A stretch of 64,000 bases of DNA. Source: Azolla caroliniana (Eukaryota; Plantae; Polypodiophyta). The stretch spans positions 1,054,001 to 1,118,000 of the forward strand of contig JBHGNT010000007.1 in NCBI GenBank assembly GCA_043228905.1. The letters run 5' to 3'. A program made the translations under genes and the position numbers. Shown in pieces: positions 1-11,663 of the stretch (within the stretch, counting starts at the first letter, position 1; every line of letters begins with the position of its first letter). The notes below the pieces were generated by a model. That model had not been told where the DNA came from. It saw only the letters and a program-made list of their open reading frames with translations, and ran no database searches.

Positions 1-159
1 CACATCTACTATGCATAACAGATGGTTTAAACCGTGTAGTTCGGGATAAAGCTTTTTCGCTTTTAACGCAAATTTCCTTGCACTTATTACATCTTGTTTC
101 TCCAGCATAGATTCAGCTATGATCTTCGATCTCTCAGCTTCCCCTTTGTTACAATCCAT
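1..159 (-). CDS. 5' end of a plant J-domain (DnaJ) protein gene, probably the DnaJ+DUF3444 type; runs off the window edge
   Basis: Manual translation from ATG at 159: MDCNKGEAERSKIIAESMLEKQDVISARKFALKAKKLYPELHGLNHLLCIVDV, open to position 1. It matches the typical 'MECNKEEAxRAKxIAE...ARKFALKAQxLYPELEG..Q.L.V.DV' N-terminus of plant J-domain proteins. Not in the ORF track (53 codons). A possible 5'UTR intron donor (aag|gtaac) lies near 351. Confidence 0.8.
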   Translation of the reverse strand, partial: MDCNKGEAERSKIIAESMLEKQDVISARKFALKAKKLYPELHGLNHLLCIVDV

Positions 160-1079
160 GGCTTTCTATTTATTCCTTATTACTCCTGATCATGCATGAG
201 TCGAGGCATCTCAGGGGGGACGTTTGGAAACCCTAATTTCCATCAGAGTGGCAAATTCGTACGACAAGAAAACAAAACCCTAGGAAAGAAATGATATACT
301 ATTATGAGATCATGCTATAAAAATAAAAACAGAGGAGAGAGAATTTGTTACCTTGGGATAGAGAAGGCTGGGTCTTGTAGATGGAGAATGAGCAGAGGTC
401 AAGATGATGGAAAGCCCAAACCCTATTTTTGGATTTTGGGTTTTCCCTCCAAATGGCAGAGAGGAGGAGGGAAAAGCAAAGACAGAGAAAGCAAAAGAGA
501 GTGAGAATGGAGATACATACATACATAGAAAAGAAAGAGGGCTCTAGAGACTCTCATGTTTGTCATGTTTGTCACATGTATTCATAAGTTTCTTCTTCGT
601 CGTCCGAGTGCCCGCTTACATACATCTAGATGTCGGGAACACCATTCAAGCACTCCCGTGGATACGACACTTTCCAAACTTTCACTCCTTTTGACAAACT
701 CTTTTCTTGCTTTGATATCCAAGAAAAACATGTGTCATACGAAGCAAATGTAAGCGCAAGCTTGTGGGAAATCGGCTGTTATCCTAGACCTTGACACAAT
801 AGGGATGCGTGTTGCAATGTAAACCACCTAAAACAAGCACAAACCACCTATGTTGTGGAGATGGAAGCCACATAGGACCGGTTTGCAGGTGGAAAATCTT
901 CTGCAAGAATGTGGTCAAGCGCATAATGCATGCCTGAGACGGGATTATGATAAGCAATTGGACATGAAGGAGAGCTTTGAGATTCTAGCGTTTTTTTCTA
1001 TTCGAGGAAGAAAGCAAAATCCTAAATGCGGAGATCAAAAGATTAAAGGAATGCTCGTTCATTTGTAAGCTACTTGGTG

Positions 1080-4000
1080 GTAGGCCCAATAGAGGTATGG
1101 TTCATGACATGTTGCAAGTACGTTTGATGGATAGGGTCCCATAGATAAAGAATGTGGATAATATGGGACAAAATTTCTTTCACATTGAAGTGGTTGAGTG
1201 GGGTGATGTATCATAGATTATTGATATGAAATTTGTAGAGCTCAAATATGGAAGAGCTCTTTTGTTGGAGTGGCATGCTAACTTCAATGTTATGGAAGAA
1301 GCCAGGAAAATTGGTAATCCCAGGGTGATATCTATGGTATTTCCAAATATTCCGAGGCAGTTATACCCCTTGATGCAAAAGATTGGCACAGTCTGTCCTT
1401 CAAAGGAAACCATGGTAGACAAAATCAGGGACTTCCCTACGATTAGGGTTCTTGTGCAAAGTTTTTCTACAATCCCCACTATAATCCAGGTGCATGATGT
1501 GGAGGTAGGACTGATAGATGTGGAAGCGAAATATGAGGGCCTACTTGGCCAATGTTTCTATTGTAAAAAAAAGGGTCACATTACTAAGGAATGCCCAAGG
1601 AAGATCAATAGAAACGTAAGGGGGGAGAAGGTTAAGGGGCCGATTGTAGCAAGAAGGAAACATGGCTACGCCGCATTTAGGTTTGAGAAATACTTTTGAG
1701 GTGTTGAAGGAAGAGGACCCATTACATGATCGAAGGACTAATAATGTTGAAGAAGTGGTAGTGTGCACACCCAATGTCTTGCTAAAGTGGAAGTATTGGA
1801 TTAAGAGCAGTGAAAGAATGGTTACACAATGGAAGGTGTCAAGAAATCTCACCCATCACTTCCGAAATCCAAAAGCTACAAGAGTGGAGACAAGGAAGTA
1901 TGGAAGCAGATGTCGGAAAAGGAGAAGTTTGGCAAGGGGTGCAGATTTAGCCAGCACGCTCTCACGAGATTGACTTATTTGTGTCATGAGGAAGCCCTAG
2001 GGTTGAGGGTTTATTTGGTTGTCGTTGAACGCGCAACAAGTTGCCGAATGTATGCGTCTATTTTGATCTGACAGACCTGGAGGTTTCGGTCAGCAAAATG
2101 GCATGGATCTCCAATTGCATAGAAGTCAAGATGCACAAGTACTTTAATAGCTTGGCTATCACTTGGAATGGGGATAAATGGATGTTGATGTGGATGAATG
2201 TTGGAATGATATGTGGGAGTTTCAACGATTCTTGCATTAAAAAGCAACTACTACTATGCATAGAGGAGAGGGTAGATTCTCTCGATTAGGTGTTGCATTT
2301 CCATGAAGAGGAAATGGAGGAAGATACAAAGCATGTTGTGGTGTTAGGATGGAAAAGGATCAGTGAGGGAGGCTGGGCATGGACTCGAGGAGAGGGATTA
2401 TGTCCTTCACAATTGTTTTCATGAAATTAATCATGTGAAACATACAAAGGTCTAGGCGGAAGCAAATGCATAATGGAAAGGAAGAACTTTCGTCAAGAGT
2501 TCAAATCCCCGAGTTTCAAGGGGGTCCCAAACATTTTGCTCTTACAAGAGCATCATTTGAGTGCTAATAGAATCTCGAGTATTGGCAACCCTCTTGAGGG
2601 GGATTGACATACTTTTTGGTCACCAGATCAAGGTGAACATGGTAGAAAAGGGGGTGTTTATACATCTATCGGGAATAATCCAGATGTTGTTGCAGGGCAA
2701 GACACCATAGTGGAGAGGCATGCCATCTATATGACGGTCAGATGGCACCAATGTATAATCGGGATAATAAATGTGTATGTGCCCAATTCGTCAGCGATGC
2801 AAGCCCTTTTTTGGAGGCAATTGGTCGATGACCTGCCGATTGCAGATGTGTGGATCCTTGCGGGGGATTTTAACATGACTTTATACAAAGAGGACACGGT
2901 GGGGGGCATGCAAATGTTGGTGCAGGGGTCAAAGTTAGTTGCATGGGATTTGCTGATGGGACGAATGAGAGTGAAAGATGCTTGGTATGCATTAAAAAAG
3001 CCCCAGAGTTTGCTAAGCTTTTCAAGAGTTGTAGTGTAAATGGCTCATGCCTCACATAGATAGAATATACATGAGCTCGGAATTGGAAAAATATGGCAAT
3101 AATGTTGAAATCATCGCAGGTTCGGCTTACTCTAATCATATGTTGGTTAAGATTAAATTAGTAAGCTTTTTGAGGATACATAGGTGGGAAGGAAGATAAG
3201 GAGCATATGGGAAAGTAATTCCGCTGGTTGTGGTGCACTTGATAAACTTCAAGGGAAGATTATTGAAACTTCAATGTATTTGTATATGGAGCCTAAATAT
3301 AGAATTGTGAGGTCTAAGGAAAGAGAAATGCAATTAAGAAGATTAATAACAGCTTCCCAAATAACGCATCAAAAAGATCCTAGAAGTCATTGGTCTAGAG
3401 CAGGCCTAGAGGTTGTTAGAGAATCGCTACATCAGCTGATTGTGTCCAAAAACATGATGTTATTCAAGAGTTCGGCGGCATGGTGGAGCAAGAATGAGGA
3501 TAAGGTAAACAAACAATTTTTTAAGTATAAAAAGCCGAGAACAAACTATAGCTACAATCCTAAGCAGATTAGGGAGGATGGCTCACTATCGAAGGATGTA
3601 TCGAAGATCATGGAGGCGGTGACAACTCATTGTCGTGGGTTGCTCTCAAATATTTACAGTATCCCCAAACAACCTAATCTGACAAATTTTGGACTGGAGG
3701 GAATGCAACACAAAATTCCAGAGGTGGTGCAAGTTAATCTATGAAGGCCTCTCTTGGAAGAGGAGGTGACAGATTCTTTGGTGGGCATATGCAGAACATC
3801 TTGTCCAAGCACCGACAGATTATCAAGAGTGTTTTTTTGAAAATTTTGGGATGTGATTAAGGTTGAGTTGGTTGATGGTCTAAATGAGGCATGGGATGTT
3901 GGGTGCTTACCTGAGCAATTTCAAGAGGGGATGATAGTTCTAATTCCTAAGGTACATGGTATAATAGTTTATGCAAGGAAATGGAGGCCGATCACGCTAC

Positions 4001-4513
4001 TCAACACAATCTATAAGATATTTGCCAATATTCTGGCCAAGAGGGTCAAACCCCACTTGTTGAACTAATTAATGTTGGACAAATAGGATTCATGGAAACC
4101 ATATGTATAATTGATAATGTGTTGACATTTTGGGACGCAATTGCCTTGACAAAGAAAACCAATCAACATATTGCATGTCTCATGCTCGACTTCGGGAAGG
4201 CGTATGAAAGAGTTCAATGGCCGTTTTTAGAAAAAGTCATGGAGGGGTTGGGATTACCCTCAAACTGGAGATCGGTTGCATTGGCCCTTTACAAAGGAAG
4301 TTTGAGTAGGGTGTTGGTGTCAAGGCATCGGGGCCCACCAATTCCATTATGTAGGTCTATCGGGCAAGGGTGCCCATTGGCCCCCTAACTTATTTATTTA
4401 TTTCAAAGGCATTCTCTTTCTTTTTAAACAGATTGGATGTAGGAATAAGGGGTTTAGTTGTCCCACATGCGAGTAAGGATTAGTTGGACTCAACGTATGC
4501 AGATGACACTATG
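1080..4513 (+). mobile_element. Degenerate L1-like LINE, 5' part (ORF1 zinc knuckle, APE endonuclease, RT N-half)
   Basis: ORF1 CFYCKKKGHITKEC (1226-1699). Endonuclease motifs LLQE, INVYVPN, WILAGDFN (about 2530-3040). RT motifs WRPITLLNTIYKI, LDFGKAYERV, QGCPLAP, YADD (3853-4510). Many stops and frameshifts. Cut at 4513 by an LTR. Confidence 0.9.
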
Positions 4514-4855
4514 TGTTGGTGACGCCGTCTTCTAATGCGGAACAAGATCAACACTCTTCTAGGATAAGATCGTAAATGGATGCAAGATCATAGATTTGAT
4601 GGCAGCAAAGACAGAAAAGTAAAAAACAACTAGTGTGCAAGAGAGAGAGTCAGAGTTAGGTCAGCACCATGTCAATGAAGTTTATTACAACTTTTTACAA
4701 AATGAGCAACCAACCCGTAACTGGGTTACAAAGTTAGTTTATATATTGACTAACTTAGGGCAATTGCCCTTCTCACTATTTGCATAAATAGCCTAAGTCT
4801 AGTGTGTTCAAAAGGAGACAATGTGAATACGTCCATTAGAAACCCGTATTTAACA
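4514..4855 (-). repeat. 3' LTR of Ty1/copia element A
   Basis: TGTTGG...TAACA termini. Adjacent ctcccccc (4856-4863) is a minus-strand PPT next to the RNase H end. Confidence 0.8.
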
Positions 4856-4989
4856 CTCCCCCGTAATGGGCGTATACATCCGAAATTTGTAATCGAAATG
4901 AGTATATAATACAGATTGATACAAAGTTCTAAACAACTGAAATCTGGTGTCCGAAGAGCATCTTGAGTGTCCGATTTAATCGAACTGAT

Positions 4990-6046
4990 TCTTCATTACG
5001 CCCATGTGTTGCCTAAGGGATCAAAATCGATCCACCGAAAGACAATTGGTTAATGCGTCCGTGGCATTATCGGTTGCGGATATTTTCTCTAGACCGATTT
5101 TCCCTGTAATGACGCAGTCCCGAACGAAATGATATCGAGCATCGATATGCTTGGAGGTGTTGTGATGAACCAGATTTTTCGACAGAGCAACAACACCCTA
5201 ACTGTCATTGTAAACAATTGGAGCCGAGCCGATTTCGGCTTGTCAAAATGTGCAGGCCAGCCGACTGAGCCATAAGGCCTCTTTTGCCGCATTAGATGCG
5301 GCTATGTATTCAGTCTCGGTTGTTGATGTGGCGATGCACTCCTAAAGTTTCGATTTCCACGAGATCGTTCCATTGCCGAGTTTAAAACAATATCCGGTTG
5401 TCGATTTACGACTGTCTATGCAACCTGCAAAGTCCGAGTCGGTGTATCCGACTACGCCTGAGATGTCGTTCGGACTTAATAGAATACCAAGGTCTTTTGT
5501 TCCCACCAGATATCTAAACACATGCTTGACTGCGTTCCAGTACGATCAGTCGGTATTATGCATAAATTTGCTAACGACTCCAACGGCGTGATTGATATCA
5601 GGCCGTGTCGCAACCATCGCGTACATTAGGGAGCCAATTGCTGGTGCATACAGTACCGACTTCATAATCTCCCCCTCCGGACCAGATGTCAGGCAGTCTT
5701 GCCAAAGCAGTCGAGTACTAATAGGGAGTGGGGTAGAGGCAAATTTTGCCAATTGCATGTTGAAGCGTTCTAGGACACGTCCAATGTAGTCGGATTGGGA
5801 CAGAAACAATTGTCGTTGATTACGATTCCGACTGATCTTCATACCAAGAATGTGTCGTGCCGGACCGAGATCCTTCATGGCAAACTTCAATCGCACTCTC
5901 CGAACGAGTTCGATGAGTTCACTTGCATGGCGTCCAGAGATTAGCATGTTGTCCACGTAGATGATGAGGAAGATGGATGATCCATCTTGAGTTGTCTTTG
6001 TAAAGAGACAATGGTTCTCATCACTCTTTGACCCTAAACCCTTTCA
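4990..6046 (-). pseudogene. Copia RT C-half and RNase H (element A), disrupted
   Basis: IIYVDNMLI, MKDLGPARHILG, GSLMYAMVATRPDI, GYTDSDFAG, STTETEYIA motifs, with frameshifts and stops. Confidence 0.9.
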
Positions 6047-6180
6047 ATGTCAGCTTCTGTGCGGCTTCCATCCGGCCTTCGAATTTCTTCACCGTGGCAA
6101 TCTCGAGTCCTCCCCCTCAAGCCGGTGACGAAGGCTTGTGTGTGGGCGAAGGTCGACTACTTCCACCCATCGTGGGTTAC

Positions 6181-6313
6181 TGTCAGGAACTCTATTAAGG
6201 CAGAGAAGGAATTAGTACTAAAAGAAGGATTAGTACTATTGTTGGGGAATAGTACTAAGACAGAGAAGGATTAGTACTATGAGAGGTGTCGAACTTTGAG
6301 AGAAGGAATGAGT

Positions 6314-6361
<48 letters not shown>

Positions 6362-6651
6362 TGATGCGAAAGATATATGTATTATATGACGGAAGATATA
6401 CAACAGTAGTTAGAAGGCTTAAGACTGGCGTTGAACCGATTTGGTTCGAACTAATGCCTTGCGCCTCCTTTTATAGTGTCTTCAGGAATACTCCTGAAGT
6501 TTCTAGAATGTTCCAGAGAAATCTGGAATATACATCAATTTCCCAATAAAACCTAAATGAAAATAATATCCTTCAAATTACAATTCATAACCTAATGGTA
6601 AAGTCTCGACCCGTGTAACAAAAGGTTATGGGTTCGAGTCTAGTTATGACA
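6181..6651 (-). repeat. 3' LTR of the intact chromovirus
   Basis: Direct repeat of 11487-11953; adjacent to the PPT. Confidence 0.97.
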
Positions 6652-9600
6652 CTATCCCCCCTTTAAAACGACGAGTTTTACGAGTCGTTTTGGATTGAGG
6701 ACCCGGTTTCTCGGGATATTGTCGATGGAAGTCTTCTAGAAGAGCACGAGCATTGGTCACATTCTCGATCGGTTCCCAAGTACGCTCGCTGGGACTATAT
6801 CCTAGCCAATCGACTAGATAGTAGAGCTTGTTGCGAACAATCTTGGAATCGAGGATGGCAGCGACCTCATACTCAGGTCCATCTTCGAGCTCGATAGGAG
6901 GTGGAGGTTGTATAGTACGTCCTGGGATAGTGCTCTCGTGATAGGGTTCGAGGAGAGAACTATGAAACACCGGGTGTATCCGAAGTTGCGGAGGTAGCTC
7001 GAGACGAAAAGCGACATCATTAATCTTCCCGATAATACGGAAAGGACCTAATCGCCGATAATCCAACTTCTCACATGGGCGAGTAGTCTTGATGTGTCGT
7101 CGTAGCAGCCACACCCGATCTCCAATGTTAAAACTGGATGGAAGTCGATGACGATCTGCGTAGTCCTTGTGTGATTGTTGAGCTTGCTGGAGTTGAGTAG
7201 ATAAATCCGCTTGTATCTTGCGTAACCGCTCCAAACGATCCTCCGCGCAAGGATTTGTGGACACTTCTGGGGTTTCAAGGACACACCACCGGGGATGATA
7301 TCCCGTATAAGCGTAGAATGGCGTGACTTTAGTCGATGCGTGGATAGCGTTATTATAGGCAAATTCGGCGAACTGAAGAATATCTGCCCAGTCATTCTGA
7401 TGATAGTTGAGAAAGCACCGCAGATACTGCTCCAGTGTTTGATTTGTTCGTTCGGCTTGACCGTCGGTTTGTGGGTGGTAGCCGGAGGAGAGGTTACAAG
7501 TGACCTTCAGCATTTTAAAAAGGTGCTTCCAGAATTTTGACACAAACTGGGGTCCACGATCGCTGATGATATTATCAGGGAGTCCATGATGCCGACATAC
7601 TTCCCGCATGACAATTTCGGCGGTGTCTTCACTAGATATTTCTTTAGTACATGGTAAGAAATGAGCCATCTTCGTATATCGATCCACCACTGTGAGAATC
7701 GCACTGAATCCCTTAGAGACTGGAAGATCTGTAATGAAGTCAAGAGCAATGGATTGCCATGGCTTGCTTGGAATTGGTAATGGTTCTAATAAACCATATG
7801 GATGATGTCTTGGCATTTTCGCTCTGCAGCATGTATCGCAAGTCCGAACAAAATCTTCGACAAATTGTCGCATACGGGGCCACCAGAATGATCGTTGTAC
7901 TAAATCTAATGTTTTAGTACTACCAAAATGTCCTGCTGTATATGTGTCATGGCAGTTTTGTACTACTCGAAGGCGGCAAGAACCATTAGGAACATACAAA
8001 AGTTCTTTAAAGAAGAGTAATCCATCACAGTATTTGAATTGCCGATAATCCGTACCTGGTGATTGTGATTGTGAACATGACGCTCGAGAGGGGTCAATTT
8101 GTGCTAGTATAGCTTGGGCGAAAGCGTCAGTCTTCAAGTCCTCACGTATAGTATTGGTAATGTCGGAATCCACGGGCATGTCAAAGACCTGTGCTGCTTG
8201 CAGTCGTGCTGGACCCAAGATTACTTGCTTTTGGTTATCGAAAGCTGGCTCACCGGGACGTGGTGTTAGATACGAACGCCGTGATAATGCATCTGCCTTC
8301 CCTTGGTGCTTCCCCGGACGATAGGTAATTTTGAAGTCGAAGCGTGTGAGGAAGTGGGCCCACCGAGCTTGACGTCGATTCAGTACACGAGCATCTTGAA
8401 AGTAGGCAAGGTTCTTGTGGTCACTGAATACAGTGACCTGATGAGGAGATCCCTCCAGGAAATGCCTCCATTGCATAAAAGAATCAACTATTGCTAATAG
8501 CTCTTTATCATGAATTTCGTAGTTGATTTCGGCGGCGTCAAACTTACGGGAGTGGAAAGCCACAGGATGTAGCTTCTCGTCGTTACCCTGTTGTGACAGA
8601 ATGCTCCCCAATGCGAAATCCGATGCATCAGCTTCGATAATGAATGGTTTTTCCGGATCCACATGACCTAAAATTGGAGCTGATGTAAACGCCTTCTTAA
8701 GACTCTCGAAAGCCATGTCCGTCTCTTTAGACCAAATGAATGATTGTCCCTTCCTGGTGAGCTGTGTGAGAGGCAGCACAATTTTTGAGTAATTTTGTAT
8801 GAACTTCCGGTAGAAATTTGCAAAGCCTAGGAAGCATTGCACATCCCGCACCGAACGCGGAGTGTGCCATTCTATCACCGTTTTGACCTTGGCTGGGTCC
8901 ATAGATATGCCTTCTGAGGAGATGACATAGCCGAGAAACTCCACTTGGTTGCACCCGAAACTACATTTCTCTAACTTTGCATACAGACCATGTTCTCGAA
9001 GTCGTTTTAGTACTAATAGTACATGAGAATCATGTTCTTCTTGGGTCTTTGAATAAACCAGTAGATCATCCAAATAGATGATCAAAAAATCATCCAAGAG
9101 ATCTCGAAATATATCATTCGCCATGTGCTGGAAGACTGCCGGCGCATTAGTGAGTCCGAACGGCATGACCGTATACTCGAAGTGCCCATATCTGGTGCGA
9201 AACGCGGTCTTCCATTCATCTCCTGGTCGGATCCGTACGAGGTTATAGGCTCCTCGTAAGTCGATCTTCGTGAAGAACCTGGCACCGTTGATCCGTTCTA
9301 AAAGACTTGAGATAAGGGGAAGAGCATACCTATTTCTTACTGTGACCTTATTCAAGCCACGGTAATCTACAACGAGTCGAAGCGAGCCATCTTTTTTCTT
9401 GACGAAGAAAATGGGTGCGCCGGCTGGAGATTTCGAATGCCGAATGAAACCGTTCTCCAAATTCTCCTCTATATAGGCTCGAAGGACTTCTAGCTCGGTT
9501 GGTGACAAATTGTAGATCGGCCCCCATGGCGGCTCTTTTCCCGGTTGTAAGTCGATGGCGCAGTCGTACGGCCGATGATGAGGAAGTGTGTTGGCTTGTA

Positions 9601-10201
9601 CTTTATCGAACACATCAACATACTGACGATACTTCTCGGGAAGTTGAACGGTGGACTCCTCTTTGGTGGTGCTGGAGGGTTGTACTGATATTGCAAAGAG
9701 AAACATTTCCTCCTTGCGCCCTTCCTCACGCAACTGACGTAGCGAAATGATTGCAACCTTCTGGGTAGATCCTTGGGTTTGTCGCAACCAGATTTCCCTT
9801 GTCCTCCAATCTATGTCTGGGTCATGTAACTCGAACCATGGTAATCCTAAAACTATGGGATGTTCTGGAATACTAATAATATTAAATGATACTACACATG
9901 TTAAGTTATCTAGGACAATATTAACGGGTTCCGACTCTTCTATGATATTACCAGAAGCAATGGGACGACCATCAATGACTACTACTGAGGCTGGACATGG
10001 GAGCTTTCTGAGAGATATCTGATGAGCTCGGGCAAAATTCCTATCCATGAAGCAAGAATTAGCTCCGGAATCTAGAAGGGCTAAGGTATGTACTGGAGGG
10101 GTACTTTTAGTACTAACTGCTACTTGGGCTACGAACACATCACTAACTTGCTTAGAGGGAATGGAACCACTAATGGGCTGCACAGATCTAGGACTGTCCA
10201 A
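6644..10201 (-). CDS. pol: Pol polyprotein: protease, RT, RNase H, integrase, chromodomain (true start probably by frameshift near 10234-10240)
   Basis: LLDSGA protease, YLDDLL RT, EADASDFALG RNase H, HHCC and D-D-E integrase, GPF motif, YEVAAILDS...YLVDWLGY...TWEP chromodomain; 1185 aa uninterrupted. Confidence 0.96.
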   Translation of the reverse strand: MDSPRSVQPISGSIPSKQVSDVFVAQVAVSTKSTPPVHTLALLDSGANSCFMDRNFARAHQISLRKLPCPASVVVIDGRPIASGNIIEESEPVNIVLDNLTCVVSFNIISIPEHPIVLGLPWFELHDPDIDWRTREIWLRQTQGSTQKVAIISLRQLREEGRKEEMFLFAISVQPSSTTKEESTVQLPEKYRQYVDVFDKVQANTLPHHRPYDCAIDLQPGKEPPWGPIYNLSPTELEVLRAYIEENLENGFIRHSKSPAGAPIFFVKKKDGSLRLVVDYRGLNKVTVRNRYALPLISSLLERINGARFFTKIDLRGAYNLVRIRPGDEWKTAFRTRYGHFEYTVMPFGLTNAPAVFQHMANDIFRDLLDDFLIIYLDDLLVYSKTQEEHDSHVLLVLKRLREHGLYAKLEKCSFGCNQVEFLGYVISSEGISMDPAKVKTVIEWHTPRSVRDVQCFLGFANFYRKFIQNYSKIVLPLTQLTRKGQSFIWSKETDMAFESLKKAFTSAPILGHVDPEKPFIIEADASDFALGSILSQQGNDEKLHPVAFHSRKFDAAEINYEIHDKELLAIVDSFMQWRHFLEGSPHQVTVFSDHKNLAYFQDARVLNRRQARWAHFLTRFDFKITYRPGKHQGKADALSRRSYLTPRPGEPAFDNQKQVILGPARLQAAQVFDMPVDSDITNTIREDLKTDAFAQAILAQIDPSRASCSQSQSPGTDYRQFKYCDGLLFFKELLYVPNGSCRLRVVQNCHDTYTAGHFGSTKTLDLVQRSFWWPRMRQFVEDFVRTCDTCCRAKMPRHHPYGLLEPLPIPSKPWQSIALDFITDLPVSKGFSAILTVVDRYTKMAHFLPCTKEISSEDTAEIVMREVCRHHGLPDNIISDRGPQFVSKFWKHLFKMLKVTCNLSSGYHPQTDGQAERTNQTLEQYLRCFLNYHQNDWADILQFAEFAYNNAIHASTKVTPFYAYTGYHPRWCVLETPEVSTNPCAEDRLERLRKIQADLSTQLQQAQQSHKDYADRHRLPSSFNIGDRVWLLRRHIKTTRPCEKLDYRRLGPFRIIGKINDVAFRLELPPQLRIHPVFHSSLLEPYHESTIPGRTIQPPPPIELEDGPEYEVAAILDSKIVRNKLYYLVDWLGYSPSERTWEPIENVTNARALLEDFHRQYPEKPGPQSKTTRKTRRFKGGIVS

Positions 10202-10227
10202 CCAAACGGCTCCTATTTTGGCTGGAC

Positions 10228-11397
10228 TTAGTCGTTTAACTCTTCTTCTAATTGGCTAAGGACATCAAATTTGTTTGCGAGATTCGGACTATTAGTACTA
10301 TTAGGACTATTATGACTATGAGGATTATCAAAGATTCCTACTGAAATAGACTCGGGTTTAGTATAGTCAGAACTAACAATGACTTGGTTTACCTGCCTTC
10401 TTGGTCTATGGGGACAGTTTATCGCGATATGCCCTGGTCCACCGCAATAAAGGCATAATCGGTTTGTTCGGCGTCGTTGCTTTTCCTCCTCCGATAGCGG
10501 CCCACGACGACGTGTAGTGTCAATTTCCATTGGAGTTGGAGTACTTACTGGAGGCGCATTATGTGACTCCCTTTGAAAAGGTTTCGCTACCACTGAGGCA
10601 TAGGTAGGCTCGGATCTTGCCCTCGGCATCTGAAATTGTCGTTCCGAACGTCGCTCGAAGAGGCGGTTGTCACATCTGACCGCTCGACTGATTGCTTCTG
10701 TTAATGATTTTGGCTCTTCAGGGAAAGTCAAGAGTAAATCCTTGACATCGTTGCGTAGACCATAGCGGAACTGCTCCATCAATGCTTGATCATCCCAGGG
10801 GATATCGGCGGCGAGTAGGCGGAAATCTGCAGCATATGCGGAGGCTGGACGGTCACCTTGGCGTAATCGCCGGATTTTGTTGATTGCAGTCCTTATGCTG
10901 TCAGTATCTCCAAAACATGCTTTAAACTCACTTATGAATTCTTCAAAATTATTTAGTACTGGAGATTCCTTTTCTAGTAGCGGAGCGAACCATGCTAATG
11001 CTGAGCCATTTAACAACGTGCCTACTAAACCCACTCGTGATGCATCGGTGGGATATCGGGACGGATGCATTTGAATAACTAACCGTACCTGGTTAAGAAA
11101 CCCTCTAAACTGCGATCGCGTTCCATCGAACTTCGTGGGAAGGCCAATCTTGGGTTCTTTATGAATCCCTTGTGCTCCGTGCCCTTGTTGTTGCATTGCT
11201 ACGATGGTTGCTTCGAGTTGTTGCACGCGTAACGCAAGTTCCCCATGCTGTTGTTGCGTTTGCTGCTTTTCTAAGGAAATTTGCTGAAGATCCCCCAACA
11301 AGCGTTGATTTTCTTGTTCCAAAGCATGAAACTTCTCTTTCAAGCATTGAAATTCCGAGAAAACGGATTGATACTCTTCAGCGCTAACGGTGGCCAT
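10228..11397 (-). CDS. gag: Gag (PEG10/Tcn1-like) with N-terminal coiled coil and CCHC zinc knuckle
   Basis: 389 aa; PTKFDG..FRGFLNQ, LRQG, PTPMEID, CLYCGGPGHIAINC. Confidence 0.95.
   Translation of the reverse strand: MATVSAEEYQSVFSEFQCLKEKFHALEQENQRLLGDLQQISLEKQQTQQQHGELALRVQQLEATIVAMQQQGHGAQGIHKEPKIGLPTKFDGTRSQFRGFLNQVRLVIQMHPSRYPTDASRVGLVGTLLNGSALAWFAPLLEKESPVLNNFEEFISEFKACFGDTDSIRTAINKIRRLRQGDRPASAYAADFRLLAADIPWDDQALMEQFRYGLRNDVKDLLLTFPEEPKSLTEAISRAVRCDNRLFERRSERQFQMPRARSEPTYASVVAKPFQRESHNAPPVSTPTPMEIDTTRRRGPLSEEEKQRRRTNRLCLYCGGPGHIAINCPHRPRRQVNQVIVSSDYTKPESISVGIFDNPHSHNSPNSTNSPNLANKFDVLSQLEEELND
10234..10240 (-). other. Putative -1 ribosomal frameshift heptamer G_TTA_AAC at the gag/pol overlap
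   Basis: gag reads GAG TTA AAC GAC TAA. The -1 frame reads GTT AAA CGA CTA AGT... and is open into pol. That frame is closed by TAG five codons upstream of the heptamer. Confidence 0.7.
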
Positions 11398-11472
11398 GGG
11401 ATGAAGGAAAAGGGAAATAAGAGACTAGTAGGAAAGGAGGGAGACAGAAGGAAGAGGGAGACTAGTAGCCCA

Positions 11473-11484
11473 AAATCGGTTCAA
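11473..11484 (-). promoter_or_regulatory. Self-priming PBS (non-tRNA)
   Basis: TTGAACCGATTT just inside the 5' LTR is the perfect complement of AAATCGGTTCAA at 11733-11744 (minus strand), about 27 nt downstream of TATAAAA (11771-11777). Confidence 0.85.
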
Positions 11485-11486
11485 AC

Positions 11487-11619
11487 TGTCAGGAACTCTA
11501 TTAAGGCAGAGAAGGAATTAGTACTAAAAGAAGGATTAGTACTATTGTTGGGGAATAGTACTAAGACAGAGAAGGATTAGTACTATGAGAGGTGTCGAAC
11601 TTTGAGAGAAGGAATGAGT

Positions 11620-11663
<44 letters not shown>

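Noticed and set aside
302-1068. Short ORFs of 65-74 aa
   Set aside because: Low-complexity UTR/promoter sequence of the J-domain gene and LINE leader; no recognisable protein features.
6316-6549. ORF MRERERER… repeated at 11618-11851
   Set aside because: Translation of the LTR (GA)n microsatellite.
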